Shown one piece after another: positions 1 to 10,212 of a DNA stretch of 32,000 nucleotides. A program made the position numbers and the translations under genes. Source of the DNA: Wallemia ichthyophaga EXF-994 (taxonomy: Eukaryota > Fungi > Basidiomycota); contig NW_008806294.1 of assembly GCF_000400465.1 (NCBI RefSeq), forward strand, positions 1 to 32,000. The letters are read 5' to 3'. The notes beneath the pieces were generated by a model. That model was not told the origin of the DNA and ran no database searches. It saw only the letters and a program-made list of their open reading frames with translations. The stretch's first letter is position 1. Each line of letters opens with the position of its first letter.

Positions 1-72
1 ACGTCAATATCGAAGTCGTAATAATTATTAATAACTAATAAATAAAGAGCGATAGGAAATCAGTTCTATTAT

Positions 73-1734
73 CTAACTGTCCTTCTTAGAAGATGGGTTT
101 TTACCGTTAGATTCTTCACATTCGGGTTTGGCTGTCGACACGTCGTCATCCGCGTCTCCATTACTCGAGCTAGCTTCTAGTTCCTTCCTTAGAGCATCTA
201 ACTCTTTCTCAAACCTGTTACACACGTAAGATTGATAAATTAGTAGTAGCATATGGCTTACCTTCTTCCGAACACCTCGACGTAATAAGAAGCACCGTCT
301 TTAGGTTGTTAGCAGTTGAAACAAAGCTAGCCGATTACTCACTCCACGTAGAAACTCCGAATATAAACAGTAAGAACATACCACTGGCGACTTTACTGTC
401 GTAAAGAATAAATACCGCAGGTAAAAGAGTCACTATGGTGTATGCGAATTGCATGAACATGAAAGCACTTTCACGCCACTTTGGCGCAATGTTGCTGAGT
501 GTCCTGCCAATAAGGCCGTGATTGTGGTGCAGCATGTAGCTAAATGATGTCGTTCTTTGACCTTTACCCTCTCCTATCTTGTGACGGCGCTCAATTAAAA
601 TATACTTCCAGTAAAGCGCCTGCCAGATGAGATATATCATTGAAGTGTATAAAAGCGCCATACCAGGTTGCAACTTGTGGATACCTTCCAGGGCTGGAAA
701 GCGATCAGTTGCGTTTGGGTAGTCGAAGATAATCGCGTGGAATACCAGCGGCGGGTACATGTGTATGAATAACGACGTTGTCTTGTCGAAACTATGGAAG
801 ACAAGACTGTTTCTCCACGTGATAACAGCGAATGCGAGCGGGCCTTGGAAGGTTGTGAGACTAGACACCTAGAAATGATATACTCACCCATTGTCATACA
901 GTAAGCTGCTACGAATACTGCCTCTGAAGACGAAAACAACCAAAGGAAAGCCAAATTGAGGATCGTAGCGTAGTAGCACATATCGAAAAGGAAGTAGTGA
1001 TATTTCAGTTGCTTGTACGTATAAGCACGGCTACGGTATGTTAGCTGCTTAACAGGATAAAAAGAAACAGCACCGACAGCGGTAAAAAGTAAAGAATCTG
1101 AACAGTGTACGATATATGCAGCCATGTTGGATTGAGAGCATAGAGTAACGCACTTCCAAGTACGTTGAATACACTTCAAGTTTTTGTAAGATAAGGTTGT
1201 TGTATTAGCCTATTGACGCACCCAAAACAGAATGACATTTTGTCACGTAACTGGACGACCTTGGCATCTTTCCACTTTGTAGACAAGTTCTGTACACGTT
1301 TACTGAGCTAATAGGCGGTCAAACAATATTCCAATGTGATACTCCAACACGATACTCACCAGCAACTTGTACTTAGCCGCTTCACGCTCGTAAAAATCTT
1401 TGGCACGTGCAGCAGCGGCAGGAAGCTTCTTATCGCCGTCGTCTTCGTTACTGGACTCATCGATGCGTGTACCGCTGCCCCTGCTTCTAATGATCTCCGC
1501 AGCCTTCTCTTTTGCAGATGTGGCTCTCTCACGAAGCTTATCCGAAGTCTCATGCAGGCGCCTCTCTATCAGATCTATTCTTGCGTCGACGTAGGTATCA
1601 ATGACTTTGATTGGATTAGAGTGATGACGCTGAATCGAGAGCACCTTACAATCGATTAATGTGAATGCGCTGGGCCATGTGATATCATCATCGCTAGACT
1701 CGTAGTCGCTGTTACTGCGACCAATATCACTCAT
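73..1734 (-). CDS. GPC1: Glycerophosphocholine acyltransferase Gpc1 (DUF2838 family), multi-exon membrane protein
   Basis: ATG at 1734 (MSDIGRS). The spliced exons give LRDKMSFCFGVFNV, RAYTYKQLKYHYFLFDMCYY, GPLAFAVITWRNSLVFHSFDKTTSLFIHMYPPLVFH and STWNGASYYVEVFGRR, all Gpc1/DUF2838 hallmarks. Example introns: 1649-1605 (GTAAGG..CTAAT..AAG) and 261-215. Stop TAG at 75-73. Confidence 0.87.
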
Positions 1735-2045
1735 GATGGGCGACGAAGAAGATGACGAAAGAGCACGCAGAGCAAATTGCAAATTGGCTGAGTCTCGACA
1801 GATGTTTGCGGGCTAGAGGCTGTCAGGGTAAGAACTTATACATTCCCAATTAGCATTTAAATGCACGCTGAATGGAGCTATCTGTATCGAAACGTGTTCC
1901 TAGAAGCCGTCAGTGCGTAGCTCAGTTTCATTTCGCATTTGGCTAAAGAATGTTTGATAGACTGGAATGTGATACCCTTATCGATATTCGTACGCGCCAG
2001 TCCGCCTTTAAAGCCTGACTGAGTCGCTTTTCCTCAACAACAACT

Positions 2046-3987
2046 ATGAAATACGGAGCAGCTGTATTATCAACCTTAATTGCTGCCGCCGTAGCCCAGC
2101 AAGATTACGCCATTCAAGGCCCTCCGCTCAGTACGAGATGGACGTCTGAGGTTGGCACGAATCCATGGCCATCGCATCCTCGTCCTCAAATGTTTAGATC
2201 GGAATGGCAAACTCTCAACGGATTATGGCAATTTAGTCCGACAGATGATAGTGGGCTTGACTCGCCTCCTACCGGACAGAATCTCGAAAGGCAAATTTTG
2301 GTACCCAGCTGTATCGAATCAGGTCTCTCTGGGATTCAAGAGGACCATGAGTACAGCTGGTGGAAAACATCTTTCCAAGCACCCAGTGATTGGCCTCAAG
2401 GAAAAACACTCCTTAATTTCGGTGCTGTTGATTACGAAGGTAGGTGGGCCTCACCGGAAAGTGAGACAAGCTAACACATCTTAGCTACTGTTTTTATAAA
2501 CGGACAAAATGCAGGCTCCCACAAGGGTGGCTATAGCAGATTCACTTTAGATATTACAAACCAACTTCAGGGTAAGCCAATCAACCCATTCGTTTCATAT
2601 AGTTAATTGATTTGACAGACATCAACGAAATATTGGTACACGTACATGACCCAACTGACTTAGAAGGTGTAAATATACCCCTCGGAAAACAACGTAGATA
2701 CCGCAGATCACATATCTTCTACCAGCCATGCACGGGTATTTGGCAGACGGCATGGATGGAGTGAGTGCGGTATAATTAACGCTAGGTATCGGACTAACCT
2801 ATGACAGGCGTGTTCCTACTGACTACATTGCGGATGTTCTCTTCGATGCGCAAGCGGATGGCAGTATTACAGCAACAATTACCGGCTCTGAGGGTGCAAG
2901 CGGCGATGTCTCAGTCAGTATCCGCGAAAAAGGCTCGAGTAACCAAGTAGCAGAAATCAGTGGTGCTATAAACACTGCCATTGCTGGTAATGTCGACAAT
3001 GTACAAGTGTGGGCACCTGGCGCCCCAGTCCTCTACGATGTCGTTGTTACATTTAAGGAAGACAGTGTGCAATCATACGCAGGATTCCGCACCGTCGCTA
3101 AGACTGAGATCAATGGCATTCAACGCCCTACGGTGAATGGAAAGTGGTACTTCCCATTCTCCACACTCGATCAAGGTTACTGGCCAGATGGAATCTACAC
3201 CCCTCCTACCAAGGAAGCAATGCAGTTCGATGTTGATTACCTCAAAGAGATCGGCTTCAATACCATAAGAAAGCACATCAAGGTTGAGCCAGATGAATAC
3301 TACGCATATACTGATCAACAAGGCATAATGGTCTTCCAGGATATGCCATCTATGCCTCACGATACCACGGCGAATGACGAGCAGACCAAGGAGTTCAATA
3401 GACAATCGCTCGAGATTGTCAAGACACACGCCTTCTTCCCATCAATTGTTACCTGGGTCATCTACAACGAGGGCTGGGGACAACAGGAAGGACCAATTGA
3501 GAAAGGAATCACTAACAACATTCGTGACAATGATGGAACACGCATAATTGACTCTGTTAGTGGATGGAACGATAATGGATTCGGAGATTACAAGGATGTT
3601 CACAGTTACTCGGAGAGCCAATGCGGTATGGTCAACAACGATACTCGAATCCAGATCCAAGGAGAGTTTGGTGGCGTTGGACTCAACCTGTCAGCCGACC
3701 AACTGTGGCCAGACCCAGCAGCTATCGCAACCATTCCAGAGACTTACGAAATAGCAACGGATGTCGGAGCGTACAACAACCGCTCAATCGAGGTTATTGA
3801 CGTCCTCACCAGTCAAGTTAGAAACAACAAGTGCTCTGGCGGTGTATATACCCAAACTACCGATACAGAGGGCGAAGTAAACGGATTGATCTCGTACAGC
3901 AGGGATGTCTCCAAGGCAAATATCGATTCGTGGAAGTCAGCTCTCCAAAGACTCTACGACGCAGCGAGAGAGAAAGGCGGCTTTTGA
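2046..3987 (+). CDS. Secreted glycoside hydrolase family 2 (beta-galactosidase/glucuronidase-like), 4 exons
   Basis: Signal peptide MKYGAAVLSTLIAAAVA. Motifs HPRPQM, LNGLWQF, LNFGAVDYEA, GIWQTAWME, TLDQGYWPDGIYT and GFNTIRKHIKVEP. Acid/base motif WVIYNEGWG and nucleophile motif GEFGG. Three short GT-AG introns near 2441, 2572 and 2761. Confidence 0.9.
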
Positions 3988-4118
3988 TACCCAATTTGGA
4001 TTCTATGGCTTTGATGCCATGTTAATATATTTAATATGTTTATAGTTTTATTTATGCATCTTAATGGATAATTTAGGGTACTTGATGTTGTTGTGATTTG
4101 TTTGACTTTGGAGTGTGT

Positions 4119-4153
4119 ACGCGTTGAGTGTGTTGTATACTACATTTACGCGT
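4119..4153. promoter_or_regulatory. Two MCB (MluI cell-cycle box, ACGCGT) elements upstream of CDC45
   Basis: Perfect ACGCGT at 4119-4124 and 4148-4153, plus TCGCG at 4170-4174, about 70-125 nt before the CDC45 ATG. MBF/MCB control of replication genes is established in yeasts. Confidence 0.55.
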
Positions 4154-4243
4154 ATAAATTTATTTGCAATCGCGCATAGAATCTTCATGTGAAACGTGCT
4201 CTCTACGCCTTTCATTATCACAGTCGTCTTCTCAACAACGTGA

Positions 4244-6510
4244 ATGCTGCTAGCACCGCCAGACACAAGCAATCCGCGCATTAAATCGTATGGATCAGCC
4301 TACAAAGAGATAATAAATACATCGAGGAAGCGTCAATCATCAGCCAATGCGGTTGTGATACTAGCAGCACCTGACGTTGATGCTCTATGTGGCGTTCGTA
4401 TCCTGGTAGATATGCTCAAAATTGACGGCATATTGCACAATGTCAGAGTTGTGAGTGGATACGCTGAGCTGGAGAACGTTAGAGGTGAAATCGTGGAGGA
4501 TCCTGAGGTGAGTGTCTGTGGAGTGATAGCATATGAATTAACACCTTAAAGCTCCACAGCGTCGTGATTCTAGGATTTGGAAGCTTACTCACACTATCTT
4601 CTCAATTTGCCTTGCATTCTGGCGTTACAGTCCACCTCGTTGATTCATCAAGACCTTGGAACTTAGCCAACGCGTTTGGAGGGTTTGGCGGAGGCGAATA
4701 TGATGAAGCGAAAGTACTAGTTTGGGACGATGGCTATTACAATGCCAAAGAAATGGAAGATCTTAAGAAGAGCTGGGAGGCACTGGAGGTGTGTTGACAC
4801 GAGTATTTGCGAGTTTGAGTTCACAATTACGCATAGTATGACCCTGAAGACTCAGAAGATGATTCGGAAGACTCAGAGGACTCCTTGGACGATGATAGCG
4901 AAGATGACAATGACAACGGTGTTGCCGATAGTGATGAGGACGCAAATCCACCTGCTAAAAGAGCAAGACTCAATCCAAAGGTCATTAGCCTGTTACTTAT
5001 ATGGAAATGGCTAACTCGAACAACAGAAAGCTCGAAAGAAGCTCAAGCAAGACAGACAGGTACACAGAAGCAAGCTTTCAAAGTACTACAATAGCGGCTC
5101 TTCGCATGGCATGAGCGTAAGCTGCGTAATGTATATTTTAACAGTAGAACTCGAACGCGCTGTCAACGATCTCGTCTGGTATGCCATACTTGGGTTGACA
5201 TATCAGTACATCTCAGCTCAAATATCACGCTCCCAATATGACGATCGATATGTTCTCTTGCGAGATGAAGTAGCCCGTCTGAATCCACCAACGATAGGTG
5301 AGACGGTCACCAATCCAGATGATTACAGCATATCAATCAAAGAAGAGTTACGATTCCCTTTGCTTCGTCACTGGAGCTTATACGATAGTATGATACACTC
5401 AGAATACATAGCGAGTAAACTAGGTATATGGAAAGAGGGAGGCAAAAAGCGATTACATGGATTCCTTGCAGAGATGGGTTTGCCGTTAGTGCAAGCTCAA
5501 CAGTCCTATGCTCACATGGATACGGATTTAAAGCGAGCTTTACCTGTGAAGGTGGAGAACACTGCACCTAGACACCAGTTAGTAGATTTGTCGTACCCTT
5601 CATTTGTTAGGAGCTTTGGTTTGAGATCACTTCCGCTGGCTGCTGCTGATGCGGTAGAGGCTATCAACGCACTGTTGCAGGCAGCAACTGGCATCAATAT
5701 CTACGTTGATGACGGCAAAGGCGGTGGTGAACTGTTCAGTAACGTTCGATTGTGGGAAATTACGAGTCTGTTCGGCAATACAGTTGACAACAAAGAAAAT
5801 AAGCGCAATCTTACATTCTTTGGTCAGATGGAGGAAGGTGATGAAGATATTACTGCACTTATAAAGAAGAAAAATGATGAAAGGAGCTGGGAAAGGAATT
5901 TCTGGATTGCGTATGATGCTTTAAACAATAATGTTTCCAGGCTTAGAGCATCTATTCCATTATGTATCTCTTTGCATAGAGCAGTGCTACGGACCGGAGC
6001 AAGTTTAATTGAACAGAAGGTCATTCGGAATCTCAGTCTGTTCAGGCTGGCTATCTTGAAAGAAGGGCCAGATCTCGCACTATTTTGCAACCCAGCACCC
6101 CTTTCTCGTCTAACAAAGTGGCTGATAGAAGCATTGAGAGATCGTATTGTCTCCAAGACTAAAGGTGGCAAGGTTATAGACCCGCGCACTGGGTCACAAA
6201 AGAGATTGAAAGACCTACCATTTATCGTTGGATGTCTAAACGAAAAGACTGGCACCTACCTCGTTGCAGGTATGACAGGTTCCACTTTATTTGACGACGC
6301 CAGAAAAAAGTGAGTCAGGTCTTGTTATGTTTATTCCTACTAACAGAAGACTTAAGTAAACTGGGTACAGTCTTTCATGATGCGGCTGAGTCCACTCGTA
6401 CTAGATCTAAGCATGACTGGTTCGATACAGCCGTTGTCGAAATCCACGGTGATGATCTCCAAGATTTTATCGAAGGTGTACAAGCAGGTCTGGCAGAAAG
6501 CAATTATTAG
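4244..6510 (+). CDS. CDC45: DNA replication initiation factor Cdc45, 5 exons
   Basis: Motifs VVILAAPDVDALCG, VHLVDSSRPWNLAN, an acidic insertion, LRFPLLRHWSLYDSM, LGIWKEGGKKRLHGFLAEMG, ERNFWIAYDAL and C-terminal RKNKLGTVF..HDWFDTAVVEI. Introns start near 4508, 4789, 4981 and 6310. Confidence 0.95.
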
Positions 6511-6623
6511 CATACCCAACAGCATGAACATATATTAACTACTATAGTGTACAATAACAAGTCCAAAAAAGTAATCTATAAATCCATGATTTTGCATTGA
6601 ATGGTATATGTGGCATACAATAA

Positions 6624-7855
6624 CTATTGTCGAGATTTCTTTGACGAACTTGGCTCTTCCATTTCAACGTCTTCTTCGTCTCGCGGTCTCTCCAGTCTGA
6701 ATCCATTAGAGGCGTCTTGCACATTCCATACAGCAATTTTTGCATCCTCCGCCACTGAAACGATTGCGTTCAGCTGTTTATCAAAGGCGACAGCTCTGAT
6801 AAGTTCTGAATGACCGCCTTTCATGACTCTTTCCAGCTGGATGCTATCAGACTTTAAGTCTGTCATTATTGAAAATTCTCCGCTGAGTTATTCGTCAGGG
6901 ATGTACGTAGAAAACAGTCTACATACCTCGATCTACCGCCAAACATTACTAAGTTGTTTTCTAACTCTGTGATATTGATTATATAATCATTATCCCAGCG
7001 ATTATCGAGCGACCGCTGTCTAATGTCGCCCAAATCTTTCTGCAATTCGATTTCCTTGGTGAATGTGAGTGGTGGTAGTGGATTTCATAATTTCAAATTC
7101 ACATTCTCACTATCAAGAGTGTAAAATGCAGCGCTTTGCATGTCAGTGAAGGCGTATATGGTTCCGTCGGACAGGAGGCCAGCGTCTGCAATACTAGAAC
7201 CGACGTTGACGCATCCCATACTAGCGTCGTTATCGTCTTCTATGCTTGGATCTACATACATGAGCAAACCATCAGTAGCAGCGGTAAGAAGATGGTTGTT
7301 TGGTAGGAATTTGAGAGTGGTGATATCATCAGAGTGCAGTTCATCATATCTTCTGAGGTGAGTCTTGGTGTTTCGTATATCCCTGAGTATAAGCGATTAG
7401 ATGATTATGTTGATTCACAACGAAACTCACCAAATGATAGCGCTAGCGTCGTCGTTGACGAGCTCTGTGCCTGCAGCTAAGGCATTACTTGAAGAATCAA
7501 GCGCAAGAGCTTGAATAGGAGCCTTTTTACCTTTTGTAGACTTAACGAGTACGTTTGTTGCGTTATCACCGTTCATTCTCTGATCCCAAAGCCAAACATT
7601 GCCGTCGAAATCAGCAGAAGCGACAGCGTTTGGGTCATGAGGACAACCAATTAGCTTGGAAACTCTACTTTGATGTGGAATTATACTACGTGGTTTTAAA
7701 TTAGCCCTATCTAGGAGGAGAACGTTTTGTTGAGAAGACACGGCCAAAGATGAATCTAAGGGGAGAATCGCAGTGAGATAACTTGTAGAGTGAGGTTTGG
7801 TGATTGAAGACGGCGAAGAGTGCGTCTTTATCCATTTACTTTCAAGTAGTGACAT
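6624..7855 (-). CDS. WD40-repeat protein, WDR89/YNL035C-like, multi-exon
   Basis: WD-type segments VASADFDGNVWLWDQR, LAAGTELVNDDASAIIWDIR, YDELHSDDITTLKFLPNNHLLTAATDGL and GGHSELIRAVAFD..SVAEDAKIAVW. The HSDDIT/HSDDVT motif is typical of WDR89. Confidence 0.8.
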
Positions 7856-7889
7856 TATCCTTTTGTCGTGACAGTGGGCTCTTGAGGAA

Positions 7890-9985
7890 ATGCAACCAAG
7901 ATCAACGGATATTGTAAAATCTAATCAGCCGTTGTATGCCTATACGCTACCCGATCAACTTCTGCAGCGTCTCAAGCTTCGTTCGGTTGGCGCTCAAGAT
8001 GAAGACGAAAATGTTGACGCCGGCAGCGAGGAAGACGATGAGCAAGACGCGAAGAATGAACCAGGTGAATATAGGACCACGCCAAGAAGGAAGAAATACT
8101 TCTGCTCGACTACGCAAGCTTCTTTTGATACAATTGAGGAATTACGTATGCATTTCCACTCAGATTGGTACAGATACTGCGTTAAATTGAAAGCTGATGG
8201 AAAAGAACCAGTAACTGAGGAGGCTTTTGAGGATATGTTGGATGATGTTTCCTCTAGCAGCGATGAGGACGGCGATGAAGACAAATTGACGCAACTGCTG
8301 AGGAAGCAGACAAAGCTCAATACTCTATCAAACAGCAAAGAAGATGATGTAGAGGATTTCGACACTCAAAGAGCATTGAGTCGCACTCCCGTCGTCTGGT
8401 TTGAAGTAGGTGATGATAACCTCGATGACGCCACACCGGGTGCTCAATTAGGTGTTTATAGAGCACTTTTCCCTTCACCTACACCGCCCAACAACGAAAT
8501 CTTAGATCACTTGAACAAATTTCAGCTCAACGATTCTCAACTCAACGCCACTGATTCACCGCGCAGATGGACGCTAATCATGATCGGCGGTGGTCACTTT
8601 GCAGCCTGCGTAGTATCTATAGTACCTCAAGTTGTGCGTAGAAACAAAAGGACCGAAGTCGATATCGGTGTCGTCCTTAAGCAGAAGACTTTCCACAGAT
8701 ACACGAGTGAGTGTTGGCTTTACTTGACAGCACCCCGCTAATAATCTCCCAAGCGCGTCGCAAACAGGGTGGAGCACAATCGAGTAATGATATGGCCAAA
8801 GGCAAAGCCAACTCTGCCGGTGCAATGATTAGACGATACAACGAGCAAGCGTTGGCTGAGGTAGGGATGCTATCATGCGGAAGAATGAGCCTAACAAAGT
8901 GTAGGATGTTCGAGCACTCATGAATGAATGGAAGGACGATATTGATGGCTCGGAACGTATCTTTGCCCGAGCGACGAGCAGCTCAAACAGGCGAATCTTG
9001 TTTGGAGGAGCGAATAATGACGACTGTGTGATAAAGAAGAGTGTGTCAACTCACACCTATTTCTTTCAATACTAATAAAATTTCAGCTGACCCTCGTATA
9101 CGCGGTTTCCCATTCCCGACACGCAGGCCAACCCACAATGAGCTGATAAGGTGTTTCCAAGAGCTCACTAAGGTCAAGACGACATACTTGACTCGCAACC
9201 AGCTGCGTGAGCAAGATGAAGATTGGCTGGCTAAGGTGGTACCAAAACCTAAAGTCTTACCAAGCCAACCGCAACAGCAAACCGCTCAACCTGAGAAGCC
9301 ACGCGCTCTTACAGCTGAAGAAGAAGAAGAAATTTTCGTCAAAGAAGTAAAAAGTAGGGCTATAGAGATGGTGTCCAAGGATAGGCTGGAAGCACTAAAG
9401 ACACATATGGATCGACACTCGGGAATATTAACAAATCCTAGCATTATTATGGAGAATGGAAGTACTTTGTTACAGATAGCAGCTGCGAACAATTCCCACA
9501 ACGTTGTCACATGGTTGCTGCTCGAGAAACAGGTTGACCCTGCTGTTTTCGGTGGTAACAAAACAGCTTACGAGCTGTCGAAGAGTAAGGAGAGCAGAGA
9601 TGCGTTTAGAATAGCGATGGGTAAGTTGCCTGAGAGATGGGATTGGGTTGAAGGTGCAAGAGTGCCTAGTTCATTGACGCAAGAGCAGCTAGAGCAGTCG
9701 TCAACATCAGCGAGAGAAAAAGAAAGAAGGAAGAACCTCAAAGACAGGATGAAAGAGAAGAGGGGCGCACGCGAACAGCAAGAAGTTAAACAAAGAGAAG
9801 AAGAGGAGGCTAAGGAGAAAGAAAGGATTGCAAAAATACCTTCACATGCAACTACCAACACACTGGGTGGAAATGCAAACACACTCGCGACAGCTGGACT
9901 CAGTGGTGATCTCAAAGTTAAAGTAGAGAGGGAAAGACGTGCACGTGCAGCCGAAGCGCGAATGGCAAACATAACGAAGAATTAG
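7890..9985 (+). CDS. VMS1: Vms1/ANKZF1 ribosome quality-control tRNA endonuclease (VLRF1 domain + ankyrin + C-terminal coiled coil), 4 exons
   Basis: Motifs IMIGGGHFAACV, KTFHRYT|RRKQGGAQSSND..GKANSAGAMIRRYNEQAL, DPRIRGFPFPTRRPT, ankyrin TLLQIAAANNSHNVVTWLL and terminal ERERRARAAEARM. Introns at about 8707, 8861 and 9041. Confidence 0.93.
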
Positions 9986-10212
9986 AACTAGTTTTAAACA
10001 TGCATTTTAGATTACGAAAATGATTATGTTGTGTTGTTTTCACTATGTCTTGCTTGTTTCATGTTGCTTTTGAACTTTAAGATGTGAGTTGAGTTGAGAT
10101 AGAGGATGTGATAAACGAGTTGATTAAGAATGTATGTTTAGATAAAGAAGAAGGAAAGGAGTGAATTTGATTGAAAGTAAGATTACCAATACCTCATTAG
10201 AGTACACAGTAC

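Noticed and set aside
1605-1649. The GPC1 ORF reads straight through a 45-nt segment (CKVLSIQRHHSNPIKV)
   Set aside because: It has GTAAGG, CTAAT and AAG signals, so it is best explained as an ordinary 3n stop-free intron. Nothing indicates functional retention.
8755-8790. GGAQ instead of GGSQ in the Vms1 catalytic loop
   Set aside because: The catalytic Gln is kept, and this position varies in the family (human ANKZF1 has GTAQ).
9286-9972. Long minus-strand ORFs overlapping VMS1 (similarly 7994-8365, 15547-16012, 26234-26659)
   Set aside because: These are antisense shadows of codon-biased or low-complexity coding sequence, with no independent motifs.
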